This document shows, piece by piece, positions 31,400-32,000 of a stretch of DNA of 32,000 nt. The position numbers and the translations under genes are program-made. Position 1 is the first letter of the stretch. The number at the start of each line of letters is the position of its first letter. The notes under the pieces were generated by a model. It did no database searches and was not told the DNA's origin. It saw only the letters and a program-made list of their open reading frames with translations. This DNA is from Streptomyces sp. CNQ-509 (GTDB taxonomy: Bacteria; Actinomycetota; Actinomycetes; Streptomycetales; Streptomycetaceae). The stretch spans positions 4,459,516 to 4,491,515 of the forward strand of contig NZ_CP011492.1 in the NCBI RefSeq assembly GCF_001011035.1, given 5' to 3'.

Positions 31400-32000
31400 T
31401 CAGGACGCCGCGCGATGCGCGGGGTGCTGTTCGGCGGCGAGGTCGAGCCGGCCGGGGTGAGGGGTGGCGCGTGGTGCGGTGCCACGGGCGGAACCGTCGG
31501 GGCCGATCCGCCGGCGGCGGCACGGCTCCCCGGCCTGGGCCCGGCACCACTGGCACCGCACCGACAGGGCGTCGGGCAGGCCCTCGGCGACGGCCTCCTC
31601 GCGCGCCGCGCGGGCGGGCCGGTAGGGCGCGAGGGCGGCCCGAGCGGCGGGCGGAATGCAGGAGCCGACCTCCCGCAACCGCGCCTCCAACTCCGGGTCG
31701 ACCCGGCCGCGACCCTGGCTGATGGCCCGGTACCGGACGGGCTGAGCGGTGCCGGCGGCCACAGCCTGGCGTGCGCGGGCCAGTTCGGCGGTCCAGGCGG
31801 CCTGGTCGTCGGGGTCGGCGGCCGGGGTGGGGTCGGTGTGGCGGAGCATGCGCTCGCGCCGGTAGCTCTCCCACGGGCGGGCGACGTCGGCGGGCACGAT
31901 CGGGTACGGCGAGATGCGGATGTGCCGACGGGCCGCGGCATAGGCGTCCCAGCCGTACGCGGTGGCCATCGGCACGTCGCCGAGCAGCTCGTGCCACTGA
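31400..32000 (-). CDS. Hypothetical protein with a C-terminal Cys-rich zinc-finger-like motif (5' end may lie outside the window)
   Basis: The frame is open to the window edge (..QWHELLGDVPMATAYGW..). The C-terminus reads VRCQWCRAQAGEPCRRRRIGPDGSARGTAPRATPHPGR. GC3 is high. The function is unknown. Confidence 0.45.
   Translation of the reverse strand, partial: QWHELLGDVPMATAYGWDAYAAARRHIRISPYPIVPADVARPWESYRRERMLRHTDPTPAADPDDQAAWTAELARARQAVAAGTAQPVRYRAISQGRGRVDPELEARLREVGSCIPPAARAALAPYRPARAAREEAVAEGLPDALSVRCQWCRAQAGEPCRRRRIGPDGSARGTAPRATPHPGRLDLAAEQHPAHRAAS

Noticed and set aside
30912-31997. 361-aa and 291-aa minus-strand ORFs
   Set aside because: They are off-frame relative to the WhiB-like gene (30626-31267) and the zinc-finger ORF (31400-32000), and their composition is extremely Arg/Pro-rich.

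Overview
GC-rich, strongly GC3-biased actinobacterial (Streptomyces-like) accessory region, built as a mosaic of mobile and cargo modules. All family calls come from motif recognition by eye; no searches were run.

Left to right:
1. Recombinase module: a partial tyrosine integrase, an XRE-type HTH protein and a 784-aa Cys-rich integrase-like protein, tightly coupled.
2. An IS1182-family element (3481-5614) with perfect 22-bp inverted repeats. Two in-frame stop codons kill its transposase.
3. A minus-strand mercury locus (merA, a MerR-family regulator, merB), divergent from an ArsR-type regulator. No merT/merP is present.
4. A five-gene minus-strand operon divergent from a GntR regulator. It encodes a small CC-motif membrane protein, a class I SAM methyltransferase, a fused HgcA-like corrinoid / transmembrane / 2x[4Fe-4S] ferredoxin protein, a P1B ATPase with TPC instead of CPC, and a DUF169-like protein. 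This is my top candidate for an undescribed metal(loid) methyl-transfer/export system.
5. A DUF6884-like ORF with no canonical start codon.
6. A conflict/defence-type locus: a trypco2-like small protein plus two diverged paralogous giants (1440 and 1423 aa). Each giant has a trypsin-like protease, a STAND P-loop NTPase, a single TM helix and a degenerate beta-propeller. A decayed IS630 fragment separates them.
7. A translationally coupled mobilization module: a WhiB-HTH fusion, a DUF2637-like membrane protein carrying 207-bp tandem repeats rich in the palindrome GGGGACCGGTCCCC, a 64-aa ORF, a MobC-like protein and a MOB relaxase.

No rRNA, tRNA or CRISPR array was recognised. Many long ORFs in the six-frame track are antisense or off-frame shadows typical of high-GC DNA and were rejected.
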